A stretch of 64,000 bases of DNA from Candidatus Hydrogenedentota bacterium (GCA_034669905.1 JAXMOL010000030.1:25507-89506); one strand, 5' to 3'; positions 17,483-27,870 are shown, numbered from the stretch's first letter. Translations and numbers: made by a program. The notes: a model not told the origin generated them from the letters alone.

Positions 17483-18133
17483 ATGAGCGAAATCAACATC
17501 CAACTGGTGCGGGAATTCTTCGAGCTCAACCGGTTTCGCGTGTTGACCCACTGGCAACATGACGACGAGCAGCGCCGGGGCGTGGAAAGTGGACTGCTCC
17601 TCTTTGTCGAGCAGGTAGGACCCGAAGTCCAGGAAACCCCGCCCTTCCTGTTGCAACAACACGATCTCCATCGGCTTCATCGGGCCGTGGTCGAGGTTCG
17701 CGCCTGGCACGGGGACAAATTCTATCCCTCCGTGGTGGAGTCCAGCCCCATCCTGGGCCACGTGGCCTCGCCGGAAGTTCGGTCCCTCGCCCAGTCGGTT
17801 TTCGGCGTTGATGCCTTTGCATCGGTGCTGGTCATCTCCGAGCTACCCACCTCCCTCGAGCCACGAAACCGCACCATCGCCCTCCTGAAAGACCTGGGCG
17901 TCCAGCACATCGTCGAATTCGGCACCATGCTCGCCTCCATGCTGGAACAACTCAGCCCCCAAAGCAATTACGCGCCGTCGCAAACGCTCCAGACCCTGCG
18001 CCTCCTCAAGCGCTATGATTTGGTACGCCGACAGCAACTCGAATTCCGATTTCCCATGGAGCCTATGCCACCGTCGGTGGATTCGACGGTGGATACGACG
18101 ATGGATGAGAGTAAAGCGGATTTCGACAAGTAA
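17483..18133 (+). CDS. Conserved hypothetical protein (possible PD-(D/E)xK-like fold)
   Basis: Long ORF in an operon with an RBS; VVEVRAWH motif. Confidence 0.65.
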   Translation: MSEINIQLVREFFELNRFRVLTHWQHDDEQRRGVESGLLLFVEQVGPEVQETPPFLLQQHDLHRLHRAVVEVRAWHGDKFYPSVVESSPILGHVASPEVRSLAQSVFGVDAFASVLVISELPTSLEPRNRTIALLKDLGVQHIVEFGTMLASMLEQLSPQSNYAPSQTLQTLRLLKRYDLVRRQQLEFRFPMEPMPPSVDSTVDTTMDESKADFDK

Positions 18134-18177
18134 GTTCTGGTAGCCGTTGACATACCGGAAACATGGGGACCGCACAA

Positions 18178-18537
18178 ATGACAGAATACTTAAAAGCTCT
18201 CTGTGCACTCGGAGACAGCCGTCGATTCATACAGAAAATGCCGGAATCAGTTCGTCGTCAACTCGGGTATACGCTCTTCCAGGTCCAATCCGGCAATTCA
18301 CCCAGAGGTCTTCAAGAATTGAAAGGGTTTTCTGTCGCCGTACAGGAAATACGATTGCGACATGATAAAGAGTCCTATCGGGCGATCTTTACCGTGGCGC
18401 TCGGAAATACGGTATACTTACTACACGCGTTCCATAAGAAGTCCAAGAGTGGTATTGCTACACCCAAACACGAAATTGAAATAATTCGAAAAAGGCTTAA
18501 AGAGGCGGAACGGCTGGAGGCAGAACGAAATGGATAG
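18178..18537 (+). CDS. RelE/HigB-like (Gp49/DUF891) toxin
   Basis: EIRL...YRAIF...VYLLHAFHKKSKSGIATPKHEIEIIRKRL. Confidence 0.88.
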   Translation: MTEYLKALCALGDSRRFIQKMPESVRRQLGYTLFQVQSGNSPRGLQELKGFSVAVQEIRLRHDKESYRAIFTVALGNTVYLLHAFHKKSKSGIATPKHEIEIIRKRLKEAERLEAERNG

Positions 18538-18838
18538 TTCAGAATCTATCTATAACATTTTTGAAACGTTGGGCCTTGAGAATGCCGAAGCGCTCATGGC
18601 CGTCTCCGTGCTGGCTTCCAAAATAGTTAAAGCGAAAGAAGCCCGTGGTCTTTCCGACACCGAAGCCGCTGAATTGGCCGGTTGCACACCGATGCGAATC
18701 GACCAGATTTGCCGCGCGGACTTGGACGGGTTCACGATTGACGAACTGTGCCGCTACCTCGTCTCACTCGGGCAAAATGTCCATATAGCGGTGGAATCTT
18801 CCGATGCAAGCGGAGCGCACCTGCGCGTGGTGGGATAA
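18530..18838 (+). CDS. HigA-like XRE antitoxin
   Basis: NIFETLGL start, HTH GLSDTEAAELAG, FTIDEL; overlaps the toxin gene. Confidence 0.85.
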   Translation: MDSSESIYNIFETLGLENAEALMAVSVLASKIVKAKEARGLSDTEAAELAGCTPMRIDQICRADLDGFTIDELCRYLVSLGQNVHIAVESSDASGAHLRVVG

Positions 18839-18905
18839 GACGACTTTCCAACACGCAAGGCTGCCGCACGTAGTTCGTAGACATGCCGCCCCCTGACAAC
18901 GACAA

Positions 18906-18937
18906 ACGGCACGGCTCCCAGCTGGGAACCGTGCCGT
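18906..18937. terminator. Hairpin between convergent genes
   Basis: ACGGCACGGCTCCCA/TGGGAACCGTGCCGT near-perfect stem. Confidence 0.45.
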
Positions 18938-18962
18938 AAAATATGTCGAGAATCAAGCGTGT

Positions 18963-20024
18963 TTACCGGGGAATGAAACTCGTGTTCGCCTTCAGGCCCT
19001 CGATCCACGTCGCGATCAGCTTGGACGCGTTCTCCACGTCTTTCAGGGAAACCAACTCCACCGGTGTGTGCATGTAGCGGTTGGGGATGCCGATGAGTCC
19101 CGTCGCCACACCACCCCGGCTCAACTGCATGGCGTTGGCATCCGTTCCCGTTCCCCGTGGCATGGCCAAGGGCTGCAGGGGAATCTTCGCCTTCTTGGCC
19201 GCATCCAGGATGCCCTTGTGCACCACCGGATTGATGTTGGGACCCCGGCTGATGATGGGTCCCGCACCGATAGCGGTCTCGCCATAGCGCTCCCCTTCTC
19301 CCCGGGGGTGGTCCGTCGCCCAGGCTACGTCTACCGCGAGGCCGGCATGGGGCTGACACCCATAGGCACTCGTCGTGGCACCGCGAAGGCCAATCTCTTC
19401 CTGCACGGTGGTCACGGCGTACACGGCCACGTTAATTTTTTTCTTGGCCAGGAGGCGCACGGCCTCGAGAATAACAAAGGCACCCACGCGATCATCGAGG
19501 GCACGGGCCACCACCATGTCATTACGCAGCTCCTGGTAGCCCACGTCGATGGTGATGGGGTCACCGATACCAATAACCTTTTCGGCGTCCTTCTTATCCT
19601 TCGCACCAATATCGATCCACATCTCGTGCATCTCGAGGGCCTTATTCCGATCATCCGGGGGCGTCAGGTGGATGGCCTTACGGCCGATAACGCCGGATAC
19701 GGGACCCTTGGCACCATGGACCGTGATGCGCTGGCCACCGAGAACGGCGCTGTCCACACCGCCAATAGGGACAAATCCGGCGAAGCCGTTGGCATCGATG
19801 GTGTTGACCATGAGGCCGATTTCGTCCACGTGTCCGGCGAGCATGATACGCAGATCCGCCCCTTTATTCAGTACGTGATACTGGTTGCCATGGACATCTT
19901 TGTAGATTTCGCCCGCGAAGGGCTCCATGTACTTTTTACAGACCCGCTGGATTTTTTCCTCAAATCCCGAGGGGCTGGGTGTGGCTAAGAGTTTCTTCAG
20001 AAAATCAAGCGATTCTTTACGCAT
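18963..20024 (-). CDS. M42 family aminopeptidase
   Basis: SPSGFE, GHVDEIG, ALDDRVG, QEEIGLRGA, RYMHTPVE. Confidence 0.93.
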   Translation of the reverse strand: MRKESLDFLKKLLATPSPSGFEEKIQRVCKKYMEPFAGEIYKDVHGNQYHVLNKGADLRIMLAGHVDEIGLMVNTIDANGFAGFVPIGGVDSAVLGGQRITVHGAKGPVSGVIGRKAIHLTPPDDRNKALEMHEMWIDIGAKDKKDAEKVIGIGDPITIDVGYQELRNDMVVARALDDRVGAFVILEAVRLLAKKKINVAVYAVTTVQEEIGLRGATTSAYGCQPHAGLAVDVAWATDHPRGEGERYGETAIGAGPIISRGPNINPVVHKGILDAAKKAKIPLQPLAMPRGTGTDANAMQLSRGGVATGLIGIPNRYMHTPVELVSLKDVENASKLIATWIEGLKANTSFIPR

Positions 20025-20103
20025 TACGGCATTCTCCTTCCGCGATTGAAGGCCCTATGGTACCGAAGGCACCAGGGTGATTGCATGTTGACCGAAATTG
20101 GAG

Positions 20104-21153
20104 TCAAAGGGGGGTGTAGTCGGAATCGCCGGTGCACTGGAGTACCCAGCCGGTGAGCAGCTCAATGCAGCTCGCCACATCGTGAAGACAAACCATCTCC
20201 ACGGCTGTGTGCATATAGCGATTGGGAATGCCCATATCCAGGGTCGCCACCCCACCGCGGGTCCGCTGCAGGGCACTGGCGTCGGTCCCGTCGGCATCGG
20301 GCTCGGCACGAAACTGAAGAGGGATGGCATTCTGTTTGGCCACCCCCTGGAACTCCGCCAGCAATTGGGGATTTACCCCCGCACCACGGGCGAGAATGGG
20401 CCCGGCAGACAAGGCGGTTTCCCCCCAACGTGCGCCATCGGCGTGCGGGTGATCGGTGGCGAAGTTCACATCGAGGTTAATGGCGACTTGCGGGTCGCAG
20501 TGGTAGCCACTCGTCTTCGCACCGCGCAGCCCCACCTCTTCCTGGACGGAAGTTACGCCCACCACATCCACCGCCAATTTCCGCCGGGACAATCGCTTCA
20601 AGGTCTCCATCAGGATAAACACCCCGATGCGATTGTCCAGGCCCCGGGCAGCCACACGGTCATTGCGCAGCCAGGTCACGGGGGTATCGAGGACAAGCGT
20701 GTCTCCAATGGAGACCAACCTGGCGGCTTCCTTTTTGCTGCGGGCGCCAATGTCCACCCAGAGCTTGTCGACTGCGACGGCTTCCGGCTTGGCGTCCGGG
20801 GAGCGAAAGTGAATGGGGCGGCACCCGATAACGCCCGGCACATTCCCGATGCGTACCCGCTGCCCCTGGAGGGTACTGCCATCCACCCCGCCGATTGGGG
20901 AAATCCGTAGAAAGCCGTTGGCGTCGATCCCCCGCACCATGAGTCCAATTTCGTCGCAATGGGCACACAACATGACCCGAGGCCTGCCCTCGTGGGGCAG
21001 GGGATAATATTGGTTGCCGTGCACGTCCCGATAAATACCGCGTACCGAAGTACGAAGCTGCCGGGTCAGGTGCGCCTGAACCAGCCCCTCCTCTCCCGAC
21101 GGGCTGGCCAGGGAAAGCAATTGGGCCAGGCGTTTTCGGGCCGACGCTTTCAT
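20104..21153 (-). CDS. M42 family aminopeptidase (second paralog)
   Basis: AHCDEIG, GLDNRIG, QEEVGLRGA, RYMHTAVE. Confidence 0.92.
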   Translation of the reverse strand: MKASARKRLAQLLSLASPSGEEGLVQAHLTRQLRTSVRGIYRDVHGNQYYPLPHEGRPRVMLCAHCDEIGLMVRGIDANGFLRISPIGGVDGSTLQGQRVRIGNVPGVIGCRPIHFRSPDAKPEAVAVDKLWVDIGARSKKEAARLVSIGDTLVLDTPVTWLRNDRVAARGLDNRIGVFILMETLKRLSRRKLAVDVVGVTSVQEEVGLRGAKTSGYHCDPQVAINLDVNFATDHPHADGARWGETALSAGPILARGAGVNPQLLAEFQGVAKQNAIPLQFRAEPDADGTDASALQRTRGGVATLDMGIPNRYMHTAVEMVCLHDVASCIELLTGWVLQCTGDSDYTPL

Positions 21154-21506
21154 GCCGGACACACCGAAATCTGCATGCGTTGGATTACCATGGAACCAGG
21201 GGGCCCTTCTTCTCAGCCTACTTTGCCGTTGATCAGGCTTTCTTTCGTCTCGATTTTGGATTCCGAAATGGTATTGACGGTATCACTCGCCGGACGGGGG
21301 GGACGGGTAACGGTCCTTACATGCTTCATCATTTTCTCCTGCCATGAATATACAGCGCGTCGCTGTTGGTTGCGTTTCTTCCCAGCACTTGGATAGTATC
21401 ACCAAAGGTGCGGGCAGATGCCAGCTTCATCCCAGGAAACTTCAACACCGCTGGTCCCTCCGCACCTGAGGACTCCCCGATTGTCTGGAAAGGTGTTTGC
21501 ACTCCG

Positions 21507-23762
21507 ATGAAGTATAAGTATGCGGGATATATCAGCACGCTCCTGGAGCAGCCCGATCCGGAACTACGCGACCAGTTGGAGCACGTGGAATTTTCCGCCG
21601 ACGATTTCGTTGATTGGAATCTCGTAGACAACGAAGCCGACTCCGAGTGGAAGGTCATTCCGGCGGAGCGGGACAAGTCGGAGAACGGCGTTCGCCTGAC
21701 CGGCCACTTTGAGGGCGTACGGCAGATTGACAACCTCTCTCCCGACGAGCCTAGTTTCTGGGTCGCCCTCAGCTCCCGGCGCTGGCAGAATGACCGGCTG
21801 CCCATCGACCTTTCCCGATTCCCCATTGCGGAGATTACCTACCGGTGCCGCTCCGTTTCCGCCCGCCCCTCGTGGGTCTTAGGCTACGACGGCGGCACCC
21901 ACTTCGACGGCCTCGAACCCACGGACACCGTGCAAACCATTGCGCGGCTCATCCAGTACAATGGCTTCCCCACAGAAATCGACACGATCACCTTTCGCCT
22001 CTATGCCAACCGGCGGCAGACCGAATCCATGGAGATTCTCTCCGTCCGTTTCCGGGCCATGTCGGAGGCCGAGCGCATGGCCTGTGCGGCCGCACGGGAT
22101 GCCCGCTTCGAGCACGGCGAACCGCCCCAATATCCTTTGCTCGATGAATTCATGCCACTGGGTGTCAGCATGAAGGCCGGCACGTCGAAGCGAATGGCCG
22201 AGTGCATGGAAATGTCTTTTCGTGACTACTGGCGGCTGGCCCTCGAAGATGTGGCCCGCCATCACCACAACGCCGTGGCTATTGAAGAAATTGGCGACCT
22301 CAGTCAATCCGAGTGGAGGGAGATCCTCGGACTGGCCGAGTCTTATGGAATCCGCGTATTGGCCCACCACGACTGGGCGGAAGATGCCTTCGCAGCTGAT
22401 CCGCAGGCCCTGGTAGACCGCGATATCCGTCCCTATGCGGATTCCCCAGCGCTCCTCGGCTGGGCCATTCGCAACGAACCCCCGGCCCACTCCTTCAACA
22501 TGCACGTGGAAGCCCAGACCCTTATCCGAAAGGCGGATCCCAATCACCCCGTGGTGGCCATCATGCGGGAGCCCAATTCGCTTCCCCTCTTTGCCCCCCA
22601 CTTTCCGGTCTCCGGCATCACCCACTTTAAATCCCATGTGCCGTGGGAACTCGGAAAAACGATTCGGGCCCACATTGACCAAATGGGCGGCCAACATCTC
22701 TGGGTGGTGGCACCGGCCTTTGTGTACACCACCGAAACCCCCGAGTGGAATACCAGCCCCGAAATGCGGCTCATGATTAATCTGGCCTTCGCCCATGGCG
22801 CCCGCGGCTGGTTTGCCTTTACCTATCATAATGACCCCATCTGGGTCGAAGGCAACACCCAACGCTCACTGACCGGACCCTTCCTGAATTTCAGCGACAA
22901 TTGGTCTGAGCTGAGCCACCGTATGGAGCGCTTTTACGCCCTCACGCCCCTGGCTCTGAATGCCCGCCCCATGGACTCCCCCCCGGAATACGACTTCAAA
23001 ATCACCTGGGAAGACCACGACAAGTCACTCCGCCCGGCCGATTTACCCGCCATCCAGTGGAATTGGCTGGCCGGGCCGGACTTTCAGTTGGTCTATGTAA
23101 TCAGCAATGAGTTGAACGAAGTCACGACCGTAAACCTGGAAGTGCCCGACACCTTCAGCAAGGGCCTCGAAGTCTATGACATGACGGACTTTGTGCGTAG
23201 TCGCAACTGGCAACCCTCGGCCCACCGGCGCCACCTGGAGATGTTTCCAGGCCAGGGCCAGATCCTGCTGGTCGCGGAACCCGATGTCTGCGAGCGACTG
23301 CGAGACGACATCATCCAACGCCTCCAGGAAGATGATCAGCGCCAGGTAGCCATAAACCTCGGTCTCGCCAGACGTTACAACCTGGACGTTGCCGCAATCC
23401 AGCGTAGCATTCGCCAGATCGGCACCCGGGCACCGATCCAGGATGCCCAAACCACCCTGGAAGCCAAAGAAGAATTGGTCAACCTGCTCTACAAAGCCCC
23501 GGAGCTTTCCGCAGCACAGAGTACCCTGACCAAAGCGGGAGCCGCCTTGTGTGCCTGCGACGGGGCCCTGTGCCGTCTGATCGGCAATGGCCAGATGGAC
23601 CGTGCACGGGACATGGGGATCAACGTCTTGCCCCTCGCCCGGAAGGCCGCCGCCCTGCGACTTCAGCTCCGCCGGGGGCAGGCCTGTGAGGTCCTGGGGG
23701 AAGCCGAAGCGTTGAGCCAGCAAACCCTTACGCTGTTGGACCAGATTCGGGCCATCCGCTGA
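21507..23762 (+). CDS. Large hypothetical protein with a glycoside-hydrolase-like central domain
   Basis: Long ORF; SPALLGWAIRNEP and ADPNHPV resemble clan GH-A barrels. Confidence 0.65.
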   Translation: MKYKYAGYISTLLEQPDPELRDQLEHVEFSADDFVDWNLVDNEADSEWKVIPAERDKSENGVRLTGHFEGVRQIDNLSPDEPSFWVALSSRRWQNDRLPIDLSRFPIAEITYRCRSVSARPSWVLGYDGGTHFDGLEPTDTVQTIARLIQYNGFPTEIDTITFRLYANRRQTESMEILSVRFRAMSEAERMACAAARDARFEHGEPPQYPLLDEFMPLGVSMKAGTSKRMAECMEMSFRDYWRLALEDVARHHHNAVAIEEIGDLSQSEWREILGLAESYGIRVLAHHDWAEDAFAADPQALVDRDIRPYADSPALLGWAIRNEPPAHSFNMHVEAQTLIRKADPNHPVVAIMREPNSLPLFAPHFPVSGITHFKSHVPWELGKTIRAHIDQMGGQHLWVVAPAFVYTTETPEWNTSPEMRLMINLAFAHGARGWFAFTYHNDPIWVEGNTQRSLTGPFLNFSDNWSELSHRMERFYALTPLALNARPMDSPPEYDFKITWEDHDKSLRPADLPAIQWNWLAGPDFQLVYVISNELNEVTTVNLEVPDTFSKGLEVYDMTDFVRSRNWQPSAHRRHLEMFPGQGQILLVAEPDVCERLRDDIIQRLQEDDQRQVAINLGLARRYNLDVAAIQRSIRQIGTRAPIQDAQTTLEAKEELVNLLYKAPELSAAQSTLTKAGAALCACDGALCRLIGNGQMDRARDMGINVLPLARKAAALRLQLRRGQACEVLGEAEALSQQTLTLLDQIRAIR

Positions 23763-23947
23763 TTCCCGTCCCAAACATCCCAACTACCCTCTACGTGGAA
23801 TCTTACGGGGATGTACGTTGACTTGGCCTGAGACCAGTTGATATACTCCTCACTCCCTCAGCGCTCCAACGTGGCCCTGTGTGAACAGGATGTCGTGTGG
23901 GAGTGTTTTCAGGTCCGTAAGAGCCAGGTAATTCGGCTGGACCCTAC

Positions 23948-24022
23948 AGGGGCGTGGCCAAGTGGTAAGGCACCTGCTTTTGGTGCAGGGTATCGTAGGT
24001 TCGAATCCTACCGCCCCTGCCA
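23948..24022 (+). tRNA. tRNA-Gln(UUG)
   Basis: AGGGGCG/CGCCCCT acceptor, CCTGC-TTTTGGT-GCAGG anticodon arm, GTTCGAATC, CCA; classic position upstream of prs. Confidence 0.95.
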
Positions 24023-24046
24023 TTTTTTCTCCGTCTGGAGGATTGT

Positions 24047-25027
24047 GTGGTAAAAAGGATCAGCGATTCCGTGGCATATACGAGCGACATGAAAGTCTTT
24101 AGTGGCGGGGCTTCCGAAGCCCTCACCCTCGGGATCTGTGAACATCTGGACTGTGCCCCGGCACGGGCCAGTGTGGGACGCTTTTCCGATGGCGAAATTC
24201 GGGTCCAGATCGCAGACAACATTCGTGGCCGGGACGTATTTCTGGTAAACAGTACCTCCCCCCCGGTCAATCGGCACCTGATGGAATTGCTCATCATGAT
24301 CGATGCCGCCAAACGGGCGTCGGCAGAGCGCATTACGGCGGTCATGCCCTATTATGGTTACGCCCGTCAGGACCGGAAAGACAAGGCCCGGGTACCGATT
24401 ACGGCCAAACTGGTCGCCAACCTGCTCACGGCAGCCGGCGCAGATCGCGTTTTGACCGTCGACCTGCACTGCGGCCAGATCCAGGGTTTTTTTGATATCC
24501 CCGTAGACCATCTCTCAGCAGAAGTGGTGTTCGTAAATCACCTTAAGAACCAACACTCCCTGCAGGAAAAACTGATGGTTGTGTCGCCCGATACCGGTAG
24601 CGTAGGGCGCGCTCGGGAATTCGCCAACCGCCTCGGCGTTCCCCTGGCCATCGTCGACAAACGACGGCCCAAAGAGAACGTCGCGGAAGTGATGAATATT
24701 ATCGGTGATGTCAAGGGCGTGAACGCCCTCATTTTTGACGACATGATTGATACGGCGGGCACCCTCGCCAAGGCCGCGAAAGCCATTAAGGAACATGGTG
24801 CGTTGTCCGTGCGTGCATGCGCGACGCACCCCGTGTTCAGTGGCCCGGCCCTGGACAATATAGAGCATTCGGAACTGGAAGAAATACTGGTGTGCGATTC
24901 AATTCCCCTGACGGAAAAGGCCCAGAGCAACCCGAAAATTCGGGTACTCTCCCTCGCCGCGTTGATCGGGGAAGCTATTCGCAGAGTCCACAAGGATGAA
25001 TCCGTCAGCAATCTGTTTAAGAACTGA
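24047..25027 (+). CDS. prs: Ribose-phosphate pyrophosphokinase
   Basis: FSDGE, PYYGYARQDRK, DLHCGQIQGFF, DDMIDTAGT. Start uncertain. Confidence 0.97.
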   Translation: MVKRISDSVAYTSDMKVFSGGASEALTLGICEHLDCAPARASVGRFSDGEIRVQIADNIRGRDVFLVNSTSPPVNRHLMELLIMIDAAKRASAERITAVMPYYGYARQDRKDKARVPITAKLVANLLTAAGADRVLTVDLHCGQIQGFFDIPVDHLSAEVVFVNHLKNQHSLQEKLMVVSPDTGSVGRAREFANRLGVPLAIVDKRRPKENVAEVMNIIGDVKGVNALIFDDMIDTAGTLAKAAKAIKEHGALSVRACATHPVFSGPALDNIEHSELEEILVCDSIPLTEKAQSNPKIRVLSLAALIGEAIRRVHKDESVSNLFKN

Positions 25028-25052
25028 CTGAGATTCGGAGGCATAACAAGTC

Positions 25053-25685
25053 ATGGAAATGCAATCGATTAAAGTAACGACCCGGACCGAGACCGGAAAA
25101 GGTCCCGCCCGCCGCAAACGCGTTGTAGGCGACATCCCCGCGGTGGTCTATGGTGAAGGTGCCGGTTCGGTCCCTATCGTGATCAACGCGAAGGACTTCG
25201 ACACCCTCGTCCATGGCAGTCACGGCGAGCACGCCGTGGTACAGCTCGAGGTCGAAGACAAGCCGGAACTCAATGGTCCGATCATGATCAAAGACGTTCA
25301 GCACCACCCTATCAAGAACCAGATTATGCACGCTGACTTTCAGCGTATTAAGCTGGACAAGCCTGTTCAGACCATTCTGCCCATCAACTTGACGGGTCAC
25401 TGCGTAGGTCTGGTTGAGGGCGGTGTGCCCGATCAGCAGTTGCGCGAACTGGAAATTGAGTGTCTCCCCCTGGATACGCCCGTTCAGTTCGACGTGGACA
25501 TCACCGACGTCGCCATTGGCGGTCGGGTTCACGTTTCCGACCTGACCGCGCCCGAAGGCGTCAAGATCCTGACCGAAGGCGACCGCACGATTATCGCCAT
25601 CCACGCACCGCGTGTCGCTAGCAGCACAGGTGACGATGCGGAAGAAGTGGCTGAAGAAGCTGCTACGGAGGAAGCTGAAGCGTAA
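25053..25685 (+). CDS. rplY: 50S ribosomal protein L25/Ctc
   Basis: GKGPARR, IPAVVYG, HADFQRI; prs-rplY-pth synteny. Confidence 0.96.
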   Translation: MEMQSIKVTTRTETGKGPARRKRVVGDIPAVVYGEGAGSVPIVINAKDFDTLVHGSHGEHAVVQLEVEDKPELNGPIMIKDVQHHPIKNQIMHADFQRIKLDKPVQTILPINLTGHCVGLVEGGVPDQQLRELEIECLPLDTPVQFDVDITDVAIGGRVHVSDLTAPEGVKILTEGDRTIIAIHAPRVASSTGDDAEEVAEEAATEEAEA

Positions 25686-25733
25686 TTCACGCTTTACTTC
25701 CCCCCCATCGTTGAGATTGGCTGGCGCATCCTT

Positions 25734-26291
25734 ATGAAAGTCATTGCAGGACTGGGAAATCCCGGTTCCGGTTACAAGAACACCCGTCATAATCTGGGAT
25801 TCATGGTGGTGGATCGGTTGGCCGAGATGCTGAACGTCACCTTTGATCGCGAAAAGCATCAGGGACTGATCAGCCAGACCGCCTATCGTGGTGAAAAGCT
25901 GTTACTGGTTAAACCCCAGACCTTTATGAATCGCAGTGGCGACTGTATCGCGCGCCTTTGCCGCAATACGATATACGATCCGGCGGATCTGCTGGTCATT
26001 GTGGATGATATCAATCTCCCCCTGGAAAAAATTCGCCTCCGGGCCGGGGGGAGTGCCGGTGGACACAATGGCCTGAAATCCGTCATTGAACGTATGGGAA
26101 GCCGCGATTATCATCGGATGCGCATGGGCGTAGGTGATGATAGACGCAAGGGTGATCTTGCCGATTACGTGCTCGCCAAGTTTCTCCCGGATGAACGGGA
26201 GGCCTTAAGTGCCTCTATCGACCGGGGAGCGGAAGCGGCGCTGTTTTGGGCCACCCAGGGCATCAGCGCCGCGATGAATGAGTTTAATTGA
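25734..26291 (+). CDS. pth: Peptidyl-tRNA hydrolase
   Basis: GLGNPG..Y..TRHNLG, KPQTFMN, GGHNGLKS. Confidence 0.97.
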   Translation: MKVIAGLGNPGSGYKNTRHNLGFMVVDRLAEMLNVTFDREKHQGLISQTAYRGEKLLLVKPQTFMNRSGDCIARLCRNTIYDPADLLVIVDDINLPLEKIRLRAGGSAGGHNGLKSVIERMGSRDYHRMRMGVGDDRRKGDLADYVLAKFLPDEREALSASIDRGAEAALFWATQGISAAMNEFN

Positions 26292-26340
26292 TCCTTGATG
26301 CTGCGCCGTCTCTGGCGCATATTGCAGGGAGGAATGGGAT

Positions 26341-26853
26341 ATGGAGCAAATGAAGAAGCACACGATTAGCGTACTCGTGGAAAACCATTTTGGTGTGCTT
26401 GCACGGGTCTCCGGCCTGTTCAGTGCCCGTGGCTATAACATTATCAGCCTCTGCGTCGGCGAGACGATGGACCCCTCCATCTCCCGCATGACCGTGGTCG
26501 TCCGTGGCGACGACAACGTGCTGTTCCAGATGATACAGCAGTTAAACAAGCTCGTGGACGTGATTGAAGTATCCGACCTCACGGCCTCCTCTTTCGTGGA
26601 GCGTGAACTGGTACTCATCAAGGTGAATGTAGAAAAAGAGCAGCGCGGTGAAGTGGTGGAGATCGCCTCTATTTTCCGCGCCAACGTGGTCGATGTGGGC
26701 CCCGATTCCCTCACCGTAGAGGTAACCGGCGCCGAAGGCAAAGTATCTGCCTGTATCGACATGCTCCGCCCCTATGCGATTTCCGAATTGGTCCGCTCGG
26801 GAGAAATCGCCATTGAGCGGGCCCCGAAACGACATTGCAGTTTACCCGAATAA
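26341..26853 (+). CDS. ilvN: Acetolactate synthase small subunit
   Basis: HTISVLVENHFGVLARVSGLFSARGYNI, QLNKLVDV, ERELVLIKV. Confidence 0.95.
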   Translation: MEQMKKHTISVLVENHFGVLARVSGLFSARGYNIISLCVGETMDPSISRMTVVVRGDDNVLFQMIQQLNKLVDVIEVSDLTASSFVERELVLIKVNVEKEQRGEVVEIASIFRANVVDVGPDSLTVEVTGAEGKVSACIDMLRPYAISELVRSGEIAIERAPKRHCSLPE

Positions 26854-27030
26854 ACGGTATGATCAGGTAATGAGTTTTTTGGCGAGAGCACGCATGAGGA
26901 TTGACACGCAAGACAGGCTGGAAGCCCCTCGGCAACCCGTTTGTTGTCGTGCATCTATATGCGCCGTTCTTCCGGACTCGGTGCAGCCGCTGGTTTCCAG
27001 CGCGCAGCCTGATGAGGAAGCGATTGCTAC

Positions 27031-27059
27031 AACCGCAGCTTAAGGGCTGCGGTTTTTTT
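27031..27059 (+). terminator. Rho-independent terminator
   Basis: AACCGCAGC-TTAAGG-GCTGCGGTT followed by a T run. Confidence 0.8.
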
Positions 27060-27132
27060 GTGCCCCTGAGCAGGGTAAGACAGGTTGTAAAGAAGCGCAA
27101 TTTCGGTTGAACTGGCGCGGAGGCGTAGACCA

Positions 27133-27867
27133 TTGAAAAAACTATTAGAGCTACAGAATCTCGACCTGCAAATTGAGAAATTTCGCGCACGGGAAACCGA
27201 GATACCCAAGCAGAAGAACAAATTCGATATCCACCGGAAGCGGCTGGCAGACGAATTGAAAGAGAGCGAGGATAAATTCAAGGGCCTCCAGCTGGAGCAG
27301 CGCGAGTGCGAAAGCGAAGTAGCTGCAAAGCAGGAAGAGATTAAGAAAAAAGAGACCGCCCTCCTCGCGGTCAAAAAGAATGAAGAATACCAGGCGCTCC
27401 TCCATGAGATGGAAATGCTTAAGAAGCAGATTGGCATCAAAGAGGAGCGCATCCTGACTATCATGGAAGAAATGGATGACGCCCGGACCTGTTTCGAGGA
27501 AGATAAACAGCGTATTGCGGGCGAACAGGCCGAAATCGCCGCCGAATGTGATAAGATCGACGCCGAACTGGCCGTCGCCGTCTCTGAGCGAAAAGCCCTG
27601 GAAGAACGGCGGAAGCCCCTGGTGGAGCAGATTGATCCGACGTTCATTCGCAAGTATGATCGCATCCGACGCGCCAAGAAAACCGGTGCGGCCCTGGTGC
27701 CCCTTCAGGGGGAATCCTGCTCTGGCTGCTTCATGGGCATTACGGCCCAGAATGTAAACCAGATTCTTGGTGGCGAATTCTTGCCCTGTCATCATTGCGG
27801 GCGGCTCGTATACTATGCCCCCCGGGTTGAAGAAGAAACTGCAGAAGTGTCGAAAGGAGGGCTATGA
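27133..27867 (+). CDS. Coiled-coil protein with C4 zinc ribbon (zf-RING_7/CT398-like)
   Basis: LLELQNLD start, long coiled coil, CSGC...CHHCGRLVY. Confidence 0.9.
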   Translation: MKKLLELQNLDLQIEKFRARETEIPKQKNKFDIHRKRLADELKESEDKFKGLQLEQRECESEVAAKQEEIKKKETALLAVKKNEEYQALLHEMEMLKKQIGIKEERILTIMEEMDDARTCFEEDKQRIAGEQAEIAAECDKIDAELAVAVSERKALEERRKPLVEQIDPTFIRKYDRIRRAKKTGAALVPLQGESCSGCFMGITAQNVNQILGGEFLPCHHCGRLVYYAPRVEEETAEVSKGGL

Positions 27868-27870
27868 CCC

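Noticed and set aside
23948..24022. tRNA-Gln as a second att site
   Set aside because: Similarity to tRNA-Pro is limited to generic arm sequence; there is no duplication or integrase nearby.
27006..27030. Hammerhead ribozyme (CTGATGA motif)
   Set aside because: No stem II followed by GAAA, so the core cannot be assembled.
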